64,000 bases of DNA from Macrostomum lignano (Eukaryota): NCBI GenBank assembly GCA_002269645.1, contig NIVC01000646.1, positions 124,001 through 188,000 on the forward strand. The letters are read 5' to 3'. The notes under the pieces were generated by a model that searched no databases, was not told the DNA's origin, and saw only the letters and a program-made list of their open reading frames with translations. The translations under genes were made by a program, and so were the position numbers. Below are positions 1-11,585 of the stretch, in pieces; position 1 is the first letter of the stretch; each line of letters starts with the position of its first letter.

Positions 1-921
1 TCTGTAACTTCATACAATGTATAACTTTCTTGCTGTGGTTGCAATGTGCTACTAGCCAGCAATAATTGATAAGAATGTCACTGATTAGGCATTAAGAATT
101 TTTGCTGCTAACTGTTCCAATTTGAAGAATGCAACTATAAATAGCATCATACATGTGCAACCTTGGGAATCACTTGGCCATTTCTATTGGCAAAACACAT
201 GTATTTCGCTAGCACTGTTTTGCCAATAGAAATGGCCAGGTGATTCCCAAGGTTGCAAGGGCAGACATACATGTGTTTTGTCAATAGAAACGGTCGAGTG
301 AATCCAAAGGTCGCACCCAAGCATGAATAGCATTCTATAGACAGTGTAGAATCCATCTGTGGCACTCAATGCCTATCAACTTGATCACATTTTAAACAGT
401 TTTCTCTATTTTCTTACCTCTCTCCTCTCTTTCCTCTCTTCTATTTCCTCACCTTTCTCTTGTCTCCTCTTTTTTCTTTCTCCTTTTCTCTTTCTTCTTT
501 CTCCTTTTCTCTTTCTTCTTTCTTTTTTTCCCTCTCCCCTTTTCTCCCCTTATCTCTTTTCCTCTTTCCCTTCTCATATTTCTTCTTGTTATGTTTAAAT
601 AACTCAAGTAACAAAATCTTCAATGCTTACCAAGATCTCATATGAGAGTGCTAGCCTGCTTGTCAGGGGTCTTTGTCATTTCATCAATTGGAATTTTGTC
701 CACTGGCCATTTTATCAACTTAGTTTCAAATTGGTCATTTTGTCAACTAGCCAATGAAGCAGTCTTAAACCTTGGTCACTTTGTCAACTAGCCAATGGTG
801 AGTTCCCCACCTTGATCACTTTGTCAACTGCCAATTAAAATACCCTACATAGCCAAAAAAAACTAAAACTGAAACCTCACGCAAGACTAAGGTATCTAGC
901 CATATGAATATCCATACCATG

Positions 922-1569
922 GATCCTAGACACTTTGTCATCTTACAACTTCATGTAAGATATAAGATTGGTTTCATTCCGGTTGCCTTTATATACTAAA
1001 TAACTAGTATAATAGGGTGTACTAAATAACTAAATAGGGTACATGTTGGAGTAATGTATGGTTGAGATGGGATGGTGGACAGAGGTATGAAAACTTGAAG
1101 GGTGGGCTAAGATGGATTGAGGGAACAGGTGCCAACACAAGGTCTCATGAGCCTATTGGATGCACATTGGATATGGAGGTGCTTTTGTACTTGCTTTGTT
1201 TGGAATAAAGTGAGGGTGGGGTGGTGGGGCAGAGGTATGAACACACTTCACACTCTAAATTGTCAAAAAGAGGTGTCAAAACTGATTTCATTAAAAGAGT
1301 TAAAAGATAGGTGCCAACACAATGTCTCAAAATAACAAAATTGTGTGCATATTGGAGGTGCCAACACGATGTCTCAAAATAACAAAATCATGTGCATGTT
1401 GAGGGTGATATAGGGTGGGGAAGGGTGGTTTTGTTTTAAATTTGAAAACTTTTGTTTTATAGATGACAAAGTATCCACAAGTCTAAGTCACTTTGTTATC
1501 CACCCTCTGAGATATTGGACAGATTGTCATCTAGATGACAAAGTTATAAGATGACAGTGTCCAGGTATC
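922..1569. mobile_element. MITE-like element with ~35-bp imperfect TIRs
   Basis: Left end GATCCTAGACACTTTGTCATCTTACAACTT matches the reverse complement of the right end (GATACCTGGACACTGTCATCTTATAACTT). ATACCAT occurs in both flanks (possible TSD remnant). Internal ~46-bp direct duplication at 1310-1400. Confidence 0.55.
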
Positions 1570-3127
1570 ATATACCATTTGCAACATTGTCCTGCTTCAT
1601 TACAAAATATAATGCACTTAAAAGAAACTAAAAAGTATAGACTTCAAGACACTATACAAAGATAAAACCTCCCAATTAAGCTTTAATGATGAGAAATTTC
1701 TTGTAAAAAAGCAGCTACACATGCACAAAGAAAGAGAACTAAGCCAAAAGCTAGACAACTAGCACTATATTAAATACTACAAAAATGCTTACCTTTACAA
1801 AAAAATCTGCAGACCTGCCTCTTAAATTACTTTCCACATCTATTTAGAAATAAAAAATTATGGGTGCAATCCATTAAGTGATAGGCCTACATTTGAATAG
1901 GCTAGGCCGAGAACATGTATTAAAAAATTTCATCTAGGCCTATGCATATATAGTATAATAATATAATATTGGTAGGCCTACTACTACTATTAAATGTTTG
2001 AATCCTAATTTTTATTGTTAGGATGTTTAGAATAAAATATGATAATTATTAAAACAATGTCAGCAATAATAATTTTTGTACAATAATTATGTAGATTTAT
2101 ATCAGAAGATATATAATTTATATAATAGAAATTTTGGGCACGCATCAACCACTAATACAGTTGACCCCAACACTTTAGTCACACTGTCAACTGAGTTGTC
2201 AATGCCACTTGACAAAATCATTGACATTATCACCTGCTTGTCAGATTGGTTTCCAAGAAGATTAAATAGCAAAAGCCTCTTAAATTATTTGCAGTCTAGC
2301 TTTCTTGATAGTGGCAAATGCCAGGTGGCTTCCTCATTGGCTTTATTCATTTTAACTGTTAATTGTGACTTTAACCCCTACTATCCCAACCACAGGCGCC
2401 AGTTCAACCCAGTTGTTCTGTCTGCTGATAAATTATCTGCTGAGCAGACAAAAAGTTTTCTTTTCTAAAAATGTTTGTCTACTGGGGAATACTGGAATAG
2501 GAGGTGGGGATATGGAGTGGGATAGGGAGCTTCCCAACAACCTCTTCATGACATTAATATTGTCAAAATGCTTTAGGGATGTTGGTCTGACCTGTATACT
2601 ATACAGATGATAGACCTTTATTTACACTTTTACAAAAATAGATTCAAATGAATTTTAATTTATAATGTTACAATATTAAAATGATTGAGAGCTAAATATT
2701 AGTGTGCAAAATTATGTCACACGTCACGATCACAATGGTGAATCAGTTTCTCTAGGCTCTACACTAGCCATTCTGCTGCTACTTCAGCGTAAGCGTAATG
2801 CGTATAGGCCTATAAAAATACCGAAAAGTCGATTATAGTTTCCCGGAAAACAAAATTTCAAAAAGACACATTTTAAAGTACTTAAAGAATGTCTAGATAA
2901 CTACATGGTTACGGATAAATTCACTGCGGAGATAGGAAAAAGAATTTTTAATCATAAAATGAATGATTGCATCTTATGTGTGCCAGTGAAGATTGCCATT
3001 CTTTTAAATTAGCATGCACATGTTAAAAATACTACTCCCGGTTGTATTTTCTATAGTTGTGTTTGCAACTTTGGGCTGATGAAAAAGTAGCTCTTTCAAA
3101 AATCTAAAATTCACTAATTCTGAGATT

Positions 3128-3424
3128 CTAAATGAAATGCTGGGACAAATGGCAAAGACTTTCTTCGCAGTCTTGGCTAAAGCAAGCAAAACAACGTTCA
3201 AATATTTTTCGCCTATAGTCAGTGGTACCATCAACATCAGCGGTAAAGATCAGCAAGCAATTTGCATTCGGTATGTATATGTATTACGTAGGCAAATATC
3301 AACTTCCTGATGACAACTTTCTTGGCTTAGATTGTACATCCTCGACCGCTGAAGTTGTCACAGAAGCCACAAGATGTCGGTCTCTACATATGTAGACAAC
3401 TTGCGCGACCAATGCTACGATGGA
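3128..3424 (+). pseudogene. Degenerate hAT transposase fragment (ZMYM1/THAP12-like hAT family)
   Basis: Manual translation across frameshifts and stops: LNEMLGQMAK...KYFSPIVSGTINISGKDQQAICIRYV / DNFLGL..STAE / DNLRDQCYDG. This matches the hAT motifs FSII.DE.TDIS.KEQL.IC.RYV and L.GQCYDGA. Confidence 0.7.
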
Positions 3425-3938
3425 TGCCGCAAAACTTCGCGAAGCATATGAAGCTTTAATATCGTTCCTTCATTCTTTTTCAAACATTTTCACGTACCTA
3501 CTGTAACTTTTGGGGGAAATACAGGTGCTTGGTCGGAATACATACAAAAGTCTTATATTCACTACATGCACAGCTTTAATATTAAAAGCCAAAACGATCA
3601 CAAAGGCCCTAGACACGCGGTACATTCAAAGCGGCCTTTTAGAATTAGCGAATGTAACGTGCTGTGTTCTTAAGTAGTCCTTGAGCATTTACTGGCGTGT
3701 GCAAGCTCGTTTTCTGTCATTAAAACCACGAGCTGCCTTACAAAGTAAATGTTTATACAAAGGCTTGAAAGGTCAGAAAATTCCCAGCAGAAAAAAAAAC
3801 GAAAAACGTTATCATTTATTTTGTCATTGTCGTGATTAAATATAGCAGAGCATAACATGCGACAATTCATTGTTGGGACAGGAAAAAGATGAGTCGATTG
3901 AAATCATAACGACGAGAGCTGGATTGTCCAGTGACCAC

Positions 3939-3969
3939 CACAGATTCTACAACTATTCTAGTATCTGTG
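3939..3969. mobile_element. 31-bp minimal remnant of the 14929-16842 element family (fused termini)
   Basis: CACAGATTCTA-CAACT-ATTCTAGTATCTGTG flanked by GTGACCAC/GTGACAAC (8-bp TSD, 1 mismatch). Ends match those at 14929 and 16822-16836. Confidence 0.6.
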
Positions 3970-4559
3970 GTGACAACACACATATCAATTACCTAACTTC
4001 GGCTGCAAAAACAACAAAAAATGAGCACTTCTGCTACGGGAGAAAAATAAGTGTGTGTATGTGTGGTCAAAGTCGTGCAACAAATTCGAGTCGAGTGGAA
4101 AAAAAATATAGGAATCGATTATATAGAGGAACAAAGAAAAAACAGCTTTTAGTTCAAAGTAAGTAATAAGGCTTTCTATATTTGAAAATCGTTAACTAGG
4201 TCAGGCGCTGAATGGAGTAGTAGAACATATGTACACAGATTGCACCGTGAATAACTACTTTAATCTAAAGTTCACTATAACACGGATACACGGTGATTGT
4301 GCATAATGAAATTTCAAACGCGTGTGATTTTTGTCGTCACAAAGCATTGAAGCAGTTCACTGAAAAAATCTGAAATAGTCAGGCGCAAGACGCTGGAGGG
4401 AGGTGGAGACAAGAAGACAGTGATATTGGAGGCAAAGTGGCGTATTATTAAGTTGGAGCAGGGAGACTGGTGAGACTATGAAAATCACATCAAGCCATAA
4501 AATTTTCCATAGCGTGAGACAGAGAGATATCGGAGACACGGGGAGAATTACACTGCAGA

Positions 4560-4694
4560 CGGGGTCGCTTCACAAGCTGGAAATTGCACAAGCTCGAAAA
4601 CCTCGAAAAAGAGCTTATGAAGTTTCGGGTTTGTGAAAGTGGCTGCTAAAATGGTTTTCGAGCTTGTGAAATTTCGAGCTTGTGAAAGCAACCC
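4560..4694. mobile_element. MITE with GGGG-(T)TTCACAA-CGAAATT inverted ends
   Basis: GGGGTCGCTTCACAAGCTGGAAATT versus reverse complement of the right end GGGTTGCTTTCACAAGCTCGAAATT. Same motif family as 14624-14798 and 15111-16642. No clear TSD. Confidence 0.6.
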
Positions 4695-7600
4695 AAGACA
4701 CGAGGAGAAATTGAGAGAGTGAGGTTAAAGACACGAGGAGAAATGGAGAGAGTGAGGTTAAAGACAGGAGGAGAAATGGAGAGAGTGAGGTTAAAGACAC
4801 GAGGAGAAATGGAGAGAGTGAGGTTAAAGACACGAGGAGAAATGGAGAGTGAGGTTAAAGACACGAGGAGAAATGGAGAGAGTGAGGTTAAAGACACGAG
4901 GAGAAATGGAGAGTGAGGTTAAAGACAGGAGGAGAAATGGAGAGAGTGAGGTTAAAGACACGAGGAGAAATGGAGAGAGTGAGGTTAAAGACACGAGGAG
5001 AAATGGAGAGAGTGAGGTTAAAGACACGAGGAGAAATGGAGAGTGAGGTTAAAGACACGAGGAGAAATGGAGAGAGTGAGGTTAAAGACACGAGGAGAAA
5101 TGGAGAGAGTGAGGTTAAAGACAGTAGGAGAAATGGAGAGAGTGAGGTTAAAGACAAGAGGTGAAATGGAGAGTGAGGTTAAAGACACGAGGAGAAATGG
5201 AGAGAGTGAGGTTAAAGACAGTAGGAGAAATGGAGAGAGTGAGGTTAAAGACACGAGGAGAAATGGAGAGAGTGAGGTTAAAGACAGTAGGAGAAATGGA
5301 GAGAGTGAGGTTAAAGACAAGAGGTGAAATGGAGAGTGAGGTTAAAGACACGAGGAGAAATGGAGAGAGTGAGGTTAAAGACAGTAGGAGAAATGGAGAG
5401 AGTGAGGTTAAAGACAGTAGGAGAAATGGAGAGAGTGAGGTTAAAGACAGGAGGAGAAATGGAGAGAGTGAGGTTAAAGACAAGAGGTGAAATGGAGAGA
5501 GTGAGGTTAAAGACACGAGGAGAAATGGAGAGAGTGAGGTTAAAGACAGTAGGAGAAATGGAGAGAGTGAGGTTAAAGACAGTAGGAGAAATGGAGAGAG
5601 TGAGGTTAAAGACAGTAGGAGAAATGGAGAGAGTGAGGTTAAAGACAGGAGGAGAAATGGAGAGAGTGAGGTTAAAGACAGTAGGAGAAATGGAGAGAGT
5701 GAGGTTAAAGACACGAGGAAAAATGGAGAGAGTGAGGTTAAAGACAAGAGGTGAAATGGAGAGAGTGAGGTTAAAGACACGAGGAGAAATGGAGAGAGTG
5801 AGGTTAAAGACACGAGGAGAAATGGAGAGATTGAGGTTGAAGACACGAGGAGAAATGGAGAGAGTGAGGTTAAAGACACCAGGTGAAAATGAAATGGAGA
5901 GAGTGAGGTTAAAGACACGAGGAGAAATGGAGAGAGTGAGGTTAAAGACACGAGGTGAAAATGACATGGAGAGAGTGAGGTTAAAGACACGAGGTGAAAT
6001 GGAGAGAGTGAGGTTAAAGACACGAGGAGAAATGGAGAGTGAGGTTAAAGACACGAGGAGAAATGGAGAGAGTGAGGTTAAAGACACGAGGAGAAATGGA
6101 GAGTGAGGTTAAAGACAAGAGGTGAAATGGAGAGAGTGAGGTTAAAGACACGAGGAGAAATGGAGAGTGAGGTTAAAGACACGAGGAGAAATGGAGAGAG
6201 TGAGGTTAAAGACACGAGGAGAAATGGAGAGTGAGGTTAAAGACACGAGGAGAAATGGAGAGAGTGAGGTTAAAGACAAGAGGTGAAATGGAGAGAGTGA
6301 GGTTAAAGACAGTAGGAGAAATGGAGAGAGTGAGGTTAAAGACAGTAGGAGAAATGGAGAGAGTGAGGTTAAAGACAGTAGGAGAAATGGAGAGAGTGAG
6401 GTTAAAGACAGTAGGAGAAATGGAGAGAGTGAGGTTAAAGACAGTAGGAGAAATGGAGAGAGTGAGGTTAAAGACAAGAGGTGAAATGGAGAGAGTGAGG
6501 TTAAAGACACGAGGAGAAATGGAGAGAGTGAGGTTAAAGACAGTAGGAGAAATGGAGAGAGTGAGGTTAAAGACACGAGGAGAAATGGAGAGAGTGAGGT
6601 TAAAGACAAGAGGTGAAATGGAGAGTGAGGTTAAAGACACGAGGAGAAATGGAGAGAGTGAGGTTAAAGACAGTAGGAGAAATGGAGAGAGTGAGGTTAA
6701 AGACAGTAGGAGAAATGGAGAGAGTGAGGTTAAAGACAGTAGGAGAAATGGAGAGAGTGAGGTTAAAGACAGTAGGAGAAATGGAGAGAGTGAGGTTAAA
6801 GACACGAGGAGAAATGGAGAGAGTGAGGTTAAAGACAAGAGGTGAAATGGAGAGAGTGAGGTTAAAGACACGAGGAGAAATGGAGAGAGTGAGGTTAAAG
6901 ACACGAGGAGAAATGGAGAGATTGAGGTTGAAGACACGAGGAGAAATGGAGAGAGTGAGGTTAAAGACACCAGGTGAAAATGAAATGGAGAGAGTGAGGT
7001 TAAAGACACGAGGAGAAATGGAGAGAGTGAGGTTAAAGACACGAGGTGAAAATGACATGGAGAGAGTGAAGTTAAAGACAGTAGGAGAAATGGAGAGAGT
7101 GAGGTTAAAGACAGTAGGAGAAATGGAGAGAGTGAGGTTAAAGACAGTAGGAGAAATGGAGAGAGTGAGGTTAAAGACAGGAGGAGAAATGGAGAGAGTG
7201 AGGTTAAAGACAGTAGGAGAAATGGAGAGAGTGAGGTTAAAGACACGAGGTGAAAATGACATGGAGAGAGTGAGGTTAAAGACACGAGGTGAAATGGAGA
7301 GAGTGAGGTTAAAGACACGAGGAGAAATGGAGAGAGTGAGGTTAAAGACACGAGGAGAAATGGAGAGATTGAGGTTGAAGACACGAGGAGAAATGGAGAG
7401 AGTGAGGTTAAAGACACCAGGTGAAAATGAAATGGAGAGAGTGAGGTTAAAGACACGAGGTGAAAATGACATGGAGAGAGTGAGGTTAAAGACACGAGGT
7501 GAAATGGAGAGAGTGAGGTTAAAGACACGAGGTGAAAATGACATGGAGAGAGTGAGGTTAAAGACACGAGGAGAAATGTAGAGTGAGGTTAAAGACAAGA

Positions 7601-7790
7601 GGTGAAATGGAGAGAGTGAGGTTAAAGACACGAGGTGAAAATGACATGGAGAGAGTGAGGTTAAAGACACGAGGAGAAATGGAGAGTGAGGTTAAAGACA
7701 AGAGGTGAAATGGAGAGAGTGAGGTTAAAGACACGAGGTGAAATGGAGAGAGTGAGGTTAAAGACACGAGGTGAAAATGACATGGAGAGA
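4695..7790. repeat. 33-bp minisatellite (GACACGAGGAGAAATGGAGAGAGTGAGGTTAAA), ~95 copies, with 31- and 39-bp variants
   Basis: Directly visible tandem array. Variant blocks recur (e.g. GAGATTGAGGTTGAAG at ~5828, ~6918, ~7366). Confidence 0.97.
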
Positions 7791-7991
7791 GATTTGACAC
7801 AGACAAGCGCCAGTATATACCGAGATGGCAGACGTGAATGGAGCGTGAGGAGCGTGAATGTAGCGTGAGGAGTCTACAAATGTAACTCAAAACAAACGCA
7901 CAAACCAAGTGTAGGAAAATGAAACCAGAACGGATACCAAAAACAAAAATGCAGACAAAACTGCTGTTAATTCTGTCTAGAGTGCACAGTG

Positions 7992-8167
7992 TCATTTGAC
8001 TTTCACTTGCACAACGGTCCTGCCGCCGATGCGAGCTCCGACGGCTTCAAATGAAACGCTGTCCGGGCGGAGGCCGGCGATGGATTCGACTGTGTCGCCA
8101 ACGCTCAGCAGGCCGCTGTACCAGGACTCCAGGCCGGAGTCGGCGAACCGAGACACGTAAACTGTGC
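7992..8167 (-). CDS. Last exon of PDZ-domain gene (KIAA1614/Par-6-type PDZ, C-terminal half)
   Basis: Acceptor ctctcttgcccgCAG|GC. Encodes (G)TVYVSRFADSGLESWYSGLLSVGDTVESIAG...VVQVKVK*, and YSGLL.VGD is the PDZ betaC-alphaA-betaD signature. Phase 1 matches the upstream exon. Confidence 0.8.
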
Positions 8168-8340
8168 CTGCGGGCAAGAGAGGCAAACAGTGGCAGGTGG
8201 CGTAGCCGATCATTGAAGTTTTAAAGCTTCATTTCTACAATTTTAATTACGAGCTATAAAAAAGCTAAAACTTTGGTTCCCAGTGCACAAATATAGCTAA
8301 ATTATTTTTGGGAACTGTGACTGTTGCAGTTGGAGATAAT

Positions 8341-9233
8341 TTGAGGGGAATTGCTGAGATGTCAAGGCTTGAGGGGAGTTGCTGAGATGTCAAGGCTTGA
8401 GGGGAGTTGCTGAGATGTCAAGGCTTGAGGGGAGTTGCTGAGATGTCAAGGCTTGAGGGGAGTTGCTGAGATGTCAAGGCTTGAGGGGAGTTGCTGAGAT
8501 GTCAAGGCTTGAGGGGAGTTGCTGAGATGTCAAGGCTTGAGGGGAGTTGCTGAGATGTCAAGGCTTGAGGGGAGTTGCTGAGATGTCAAGGCTTGAGGGG
8601 AGTTGCTGAGATGTCAAGGCTTGAGGGGAATTGCTGAGATGTCAAGGCTTGAGGGGAATTGCTGAGATGTCAAGGCTTGAGGGGAGTTGCTGAGATGTCA
8701 AGGCTTGAGGGGAGTTGCTGAGATGTCAAGGCTTGGGGGGAATTGCTGAGATGCCAAGGCTTGAGGGGAATTGCTGAGATGTCAAGGCTTGAGGGGAATT
8801 GCTGAGATGGCAAGGCTTGAGGGGAATTGCTGAGATGTCAAGGCTTGAGGGGAGTTGCTGAGATGTCAAGGCTTGAGGGGAATTGCTGAGATGGCAAGGC
8901 TTGAGGGGAATTGCTGAGGTGTCAAGGCTTGAGGGGAATTGCTGAGATGTCAAGGCTTGAGGGGAGTTGCTGAGATGTCAAGGCTTGGGGGGAATTGCTG
9001 AGATGTCAAGGCTTGGGGGGAATTGCTGAGATGTCAAGGCTTGAGGGGAATTGCTGAGGTGTCAAGGCTTGAGGGGAATTGCTGAGATGTCAAGGCTTGA
9101 GGGGAATTGCTGAGATGTCAAGGCTTGAGGGGAATTGCTGAGATGTCAAGGCTTGAGGGGAATGGCTGAGATGTCAAGGCTTGGGGGAATTGCTGAGGTG
9201 TCAAGGCTTGGGGGAATTGCTGAGATGTCAAGG
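8341..9233. repeat. 28-bp intronic minisatellite (GAGGGGAGTTGCTGAGATGTCAAGGCTT), ~32 copies
   Basis: Visible tandem array filling the last intron of the PDZ gene. Confidence 0.97.
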
Positions 9234-9388
9234 CAAATAGAATTCATAAATAATTTTCGTTCCTTTCTTATTGGCCACCCCAAATGGGGGGAGCAGTGGA
9301 TTGCTAGTTCGTTCGATTTGAACAGAAGTTTCTGAATAGAGGTGCAGCAATTTTAGCACCAATACAAAGCAGACACAGCACGCTTCAC

Positions 9389-9881
9389 CTCCGGTTTTCT
9401 TAGCCAAAAAGAATCCGAATCTGCCGTTCGGTGGCCGGCACAGAAGCACCGTCCGAGAGCCGTCCGGATGGTGGTGCAGCACCCGGCCGCCGCAGCTCGA
9501 CAAGCCGGAAGCGTCCGGGGGCGCCGCCGCCTGCACGGGCAGCTGACCAAGACGCTGCAGCGAAGCCTGACGATGGCGACAGTGCCGAAGGCGACAGTCT
9601 TTCGGCGTAGCCAAATCGTCGGCGTTGGCCAGATTGCGTTGGTCAGAGGCGGCGGCGGCGTTAGAAAAACTGGAGGCGCTGAGACTGCGAAAGATGCGAA
9701 CAAATTTCCTGCAGGCCCATTTGGTTGGCGTTCGCCACACACGGCGTAAATGGGGCTGGGGCTGCTGCTGCTCAGGTGGCGGGCTTGAAGTCGGACTGGT
9801 CTGCGAGCCAGTTGTTGAATGCGGCGACGATGCGACAACCTGGTACGAGAGAGATTGCTTCAGGGTCGGCGAAGCTGGAAG
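9389..9881 (-). CDS. Penultimate exon of PDZ-domain gene
   Basis: Donor GGAG|GTGAAG at 9388. Ends GRVLHHHPDGSRTVLLCRPPNGRFGFFLAKKTG (carboxylate-binding loop R..NG.FGF). The acceptor is either TAG at 9884-9882 or an in-frame CAG at 9842-9840, so the 5' boundary is uncertain. Confidence 0.72.
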
Positions 9882-9971
9882 CTATGATGGAGCGACATCG
9901 AGACCGAAGTGACACTCACTAACTTAGGTTGAGAGTGTCAGTGACACCTTGAGAATGACAATTGCGGAAGC

Positions 9972-10946
9972 GACACTAGAATTGGAGTGACACTAGAATT
10001 GGAGTGACACTAGAATTGGAGTGACACTAGAATTGGAGTGACACTAGAATTGGAGTGACACTAGAATTGGAGTGACACTAGATTTAGAGTTACACTAGAT
10101 TTAGAGTGACACTAGAATTGGAGTGACACTAGATTTAGAGTGACACTAGAATTAGAGTGACACTAGATTTAGAGTGACACTAGAATTGGAGTGACACTAG
10201 ATTTAGAGTGACACTAGAATTGGAGTGACACTAGATTTAGAGTGACACTAGAATTGGAGTGACACTAGATTTAGAGTGACACTAGATTTAGAGTGACACT
10301 AGAATTGGAGTGACACTAGATTTAGAGTGACACTAGAATTAGAGTGACACTAGATTTAGAGTGACACTAGAATTGGAGTGACACTAGATTTAGAGTGACA
10401 CTAGAATTGGAGTGACACTAGATTTAGAGTGACACTATATTTAGAGTGACACTAGAATTAGAGTGACACTAGAATTGGAGTGACACTAGATTTAGAGTGA
10501 CACTAGATTTAGAGTGACACTAGAATTAGAGTGACACTAGATTTAGAGTGACACTAGATTTAGAGTGACACTAGAATTAGAGTGACACTAGAATTGGAGT
10601 GACACTAGATTTAGAGTGACACTGGGATTGGAGCGACACTGGGATCGGAGTGACACTTGGATTGGAGTGACACTGGGATCGGAGTGACACTGGGATTGGA
10701 GTGACACTGGGATCGGAGTGACACTGAGATCGGAGTGACACTGGGATCGGAGTGACACTGGGATCGGAGTGACACTAGATTTAGAGTGACACTGCACTGG
10801 GATTGGAATGACACAAGGATTGGAGTGACACTAGATTTAGAGTGACACTGCACTGGGATTGGAGTGACACAAGGATTGGAGTGACACTAGATTTAGAGTG
10901 ACATGACACTGGGATTGGAGTGACACTAGAATCAGAGTGACACAGG
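9972..10946. repeat. 17-bp intronic minisatellite (GAGTGACACTAGAATTG / ...GATTTA / ...GGGATCG), ~57 copies
   Basis: Visible tandem array with variant domains. Confidence 0.96.
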
Positions 10947-11244
10947 CATACATGTGCAACCTCCAAAATTCGGTCAGCCGTGCGACTTAGTTTTAACAAA
11001 AATGCGACGTAGTTTTTGGCCAAAAATGCGACTTACATATAAAAAAACCCGAAAGCAAAATTAACGCAACTTTGGGTAAACGGCAGGAGTAACTATGACT
11101 GTTTTATTAAGCTAAAATGCCTCGTCAGCTACTTAGAACTACTCTTCAGGTTATTTTTTGGGTGGGCATTTTTGCGACTTCCTTGATTGGCCGCCAAATC
11201 GGTCGGCCGGATCGGCCGACTCGGCCGACTGTTGCGCATGTATG
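10947..11244. mobile_element. hAT-type MITE (298 bp) carrying a 28S rRNA fragment
   Basis: TIR CATACATGTGCAAC / GTTGCGCATGTATG (14 bp, 1 mismatch). Perfect 8-bp TSD GACACAGG at 10939-10946 and 11245-11252. Confidence 0.85.
11074..11136 (+). pseudogene. Degenerate 28S (LSU) rRNA fragment, helix 69-71 / R2-target region
   Basis: GGGTAAACGGCAGGAGTAACTATGACT...AAATGCCTCGTCAGCTACTTAG versus universal eukaryotic GGGTAAACGGCGGGAGTAACTATGACTCTCTTAAGGTAGCCAAATGCCTCGTCATCTAATTAG. Confidence 0.85.
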
Positions 11245-11325
11245 GACACAGGGATTGGAGAGTGACAAGGGGCAAGACTGGAGCAGTCATTTCTATATAA
11301 ACATTCCCTGGACTGAGCAACTCAC

Positions 11326-11585
11326 AGCGGTTTTGCCCAGCCGCCTCCTAATCCGGGGATTTGTGACGATGCCAACGGCTCGTACCGGACGATTGAGCTG
11401 CGAATTGGAAAAAGCGGATGCTGCAACAGAAGCAGCAGAAACTGCAGGCGAGGTGGTGCTGCAGGATGTCAAAGTGGAAGCTGCCAGCCGGCCCAGTTGA
11501 TGGTCAGCTCGCAGCGGCCTCCTCGCAGCAACAGCGGCGGCTGCAGCGGTGGGCGACATCTTCACGAGACTACTGCTGGGAGCAT
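11326..11585 (-). CDS. Internal exon of PDZ-domain gene (Ala/Ser-rich)
   Basis: Acceptor cctaatcctacgCAG|AT, donor GCT|GTGAGT, open frame, phase 0 end matches the next exon. No homology recognised. Confidence 0.6.

Noticed and set aside
2076-2468. 130-aa ORF with a GTG start in AT-rich sequence
   Set aside because: No recognisable domain, splice structure or codon bias. Cannot be supported without a homology search.
4615-7868. Long ORFs on both strands (MERVRLKTRGE / SLTSLSPFLL repeats)
   Set aside because: These are translations of the 33-bp minisatellite. They are open because the unit is a multiple of 3 and stop-free, with no unique coding context.
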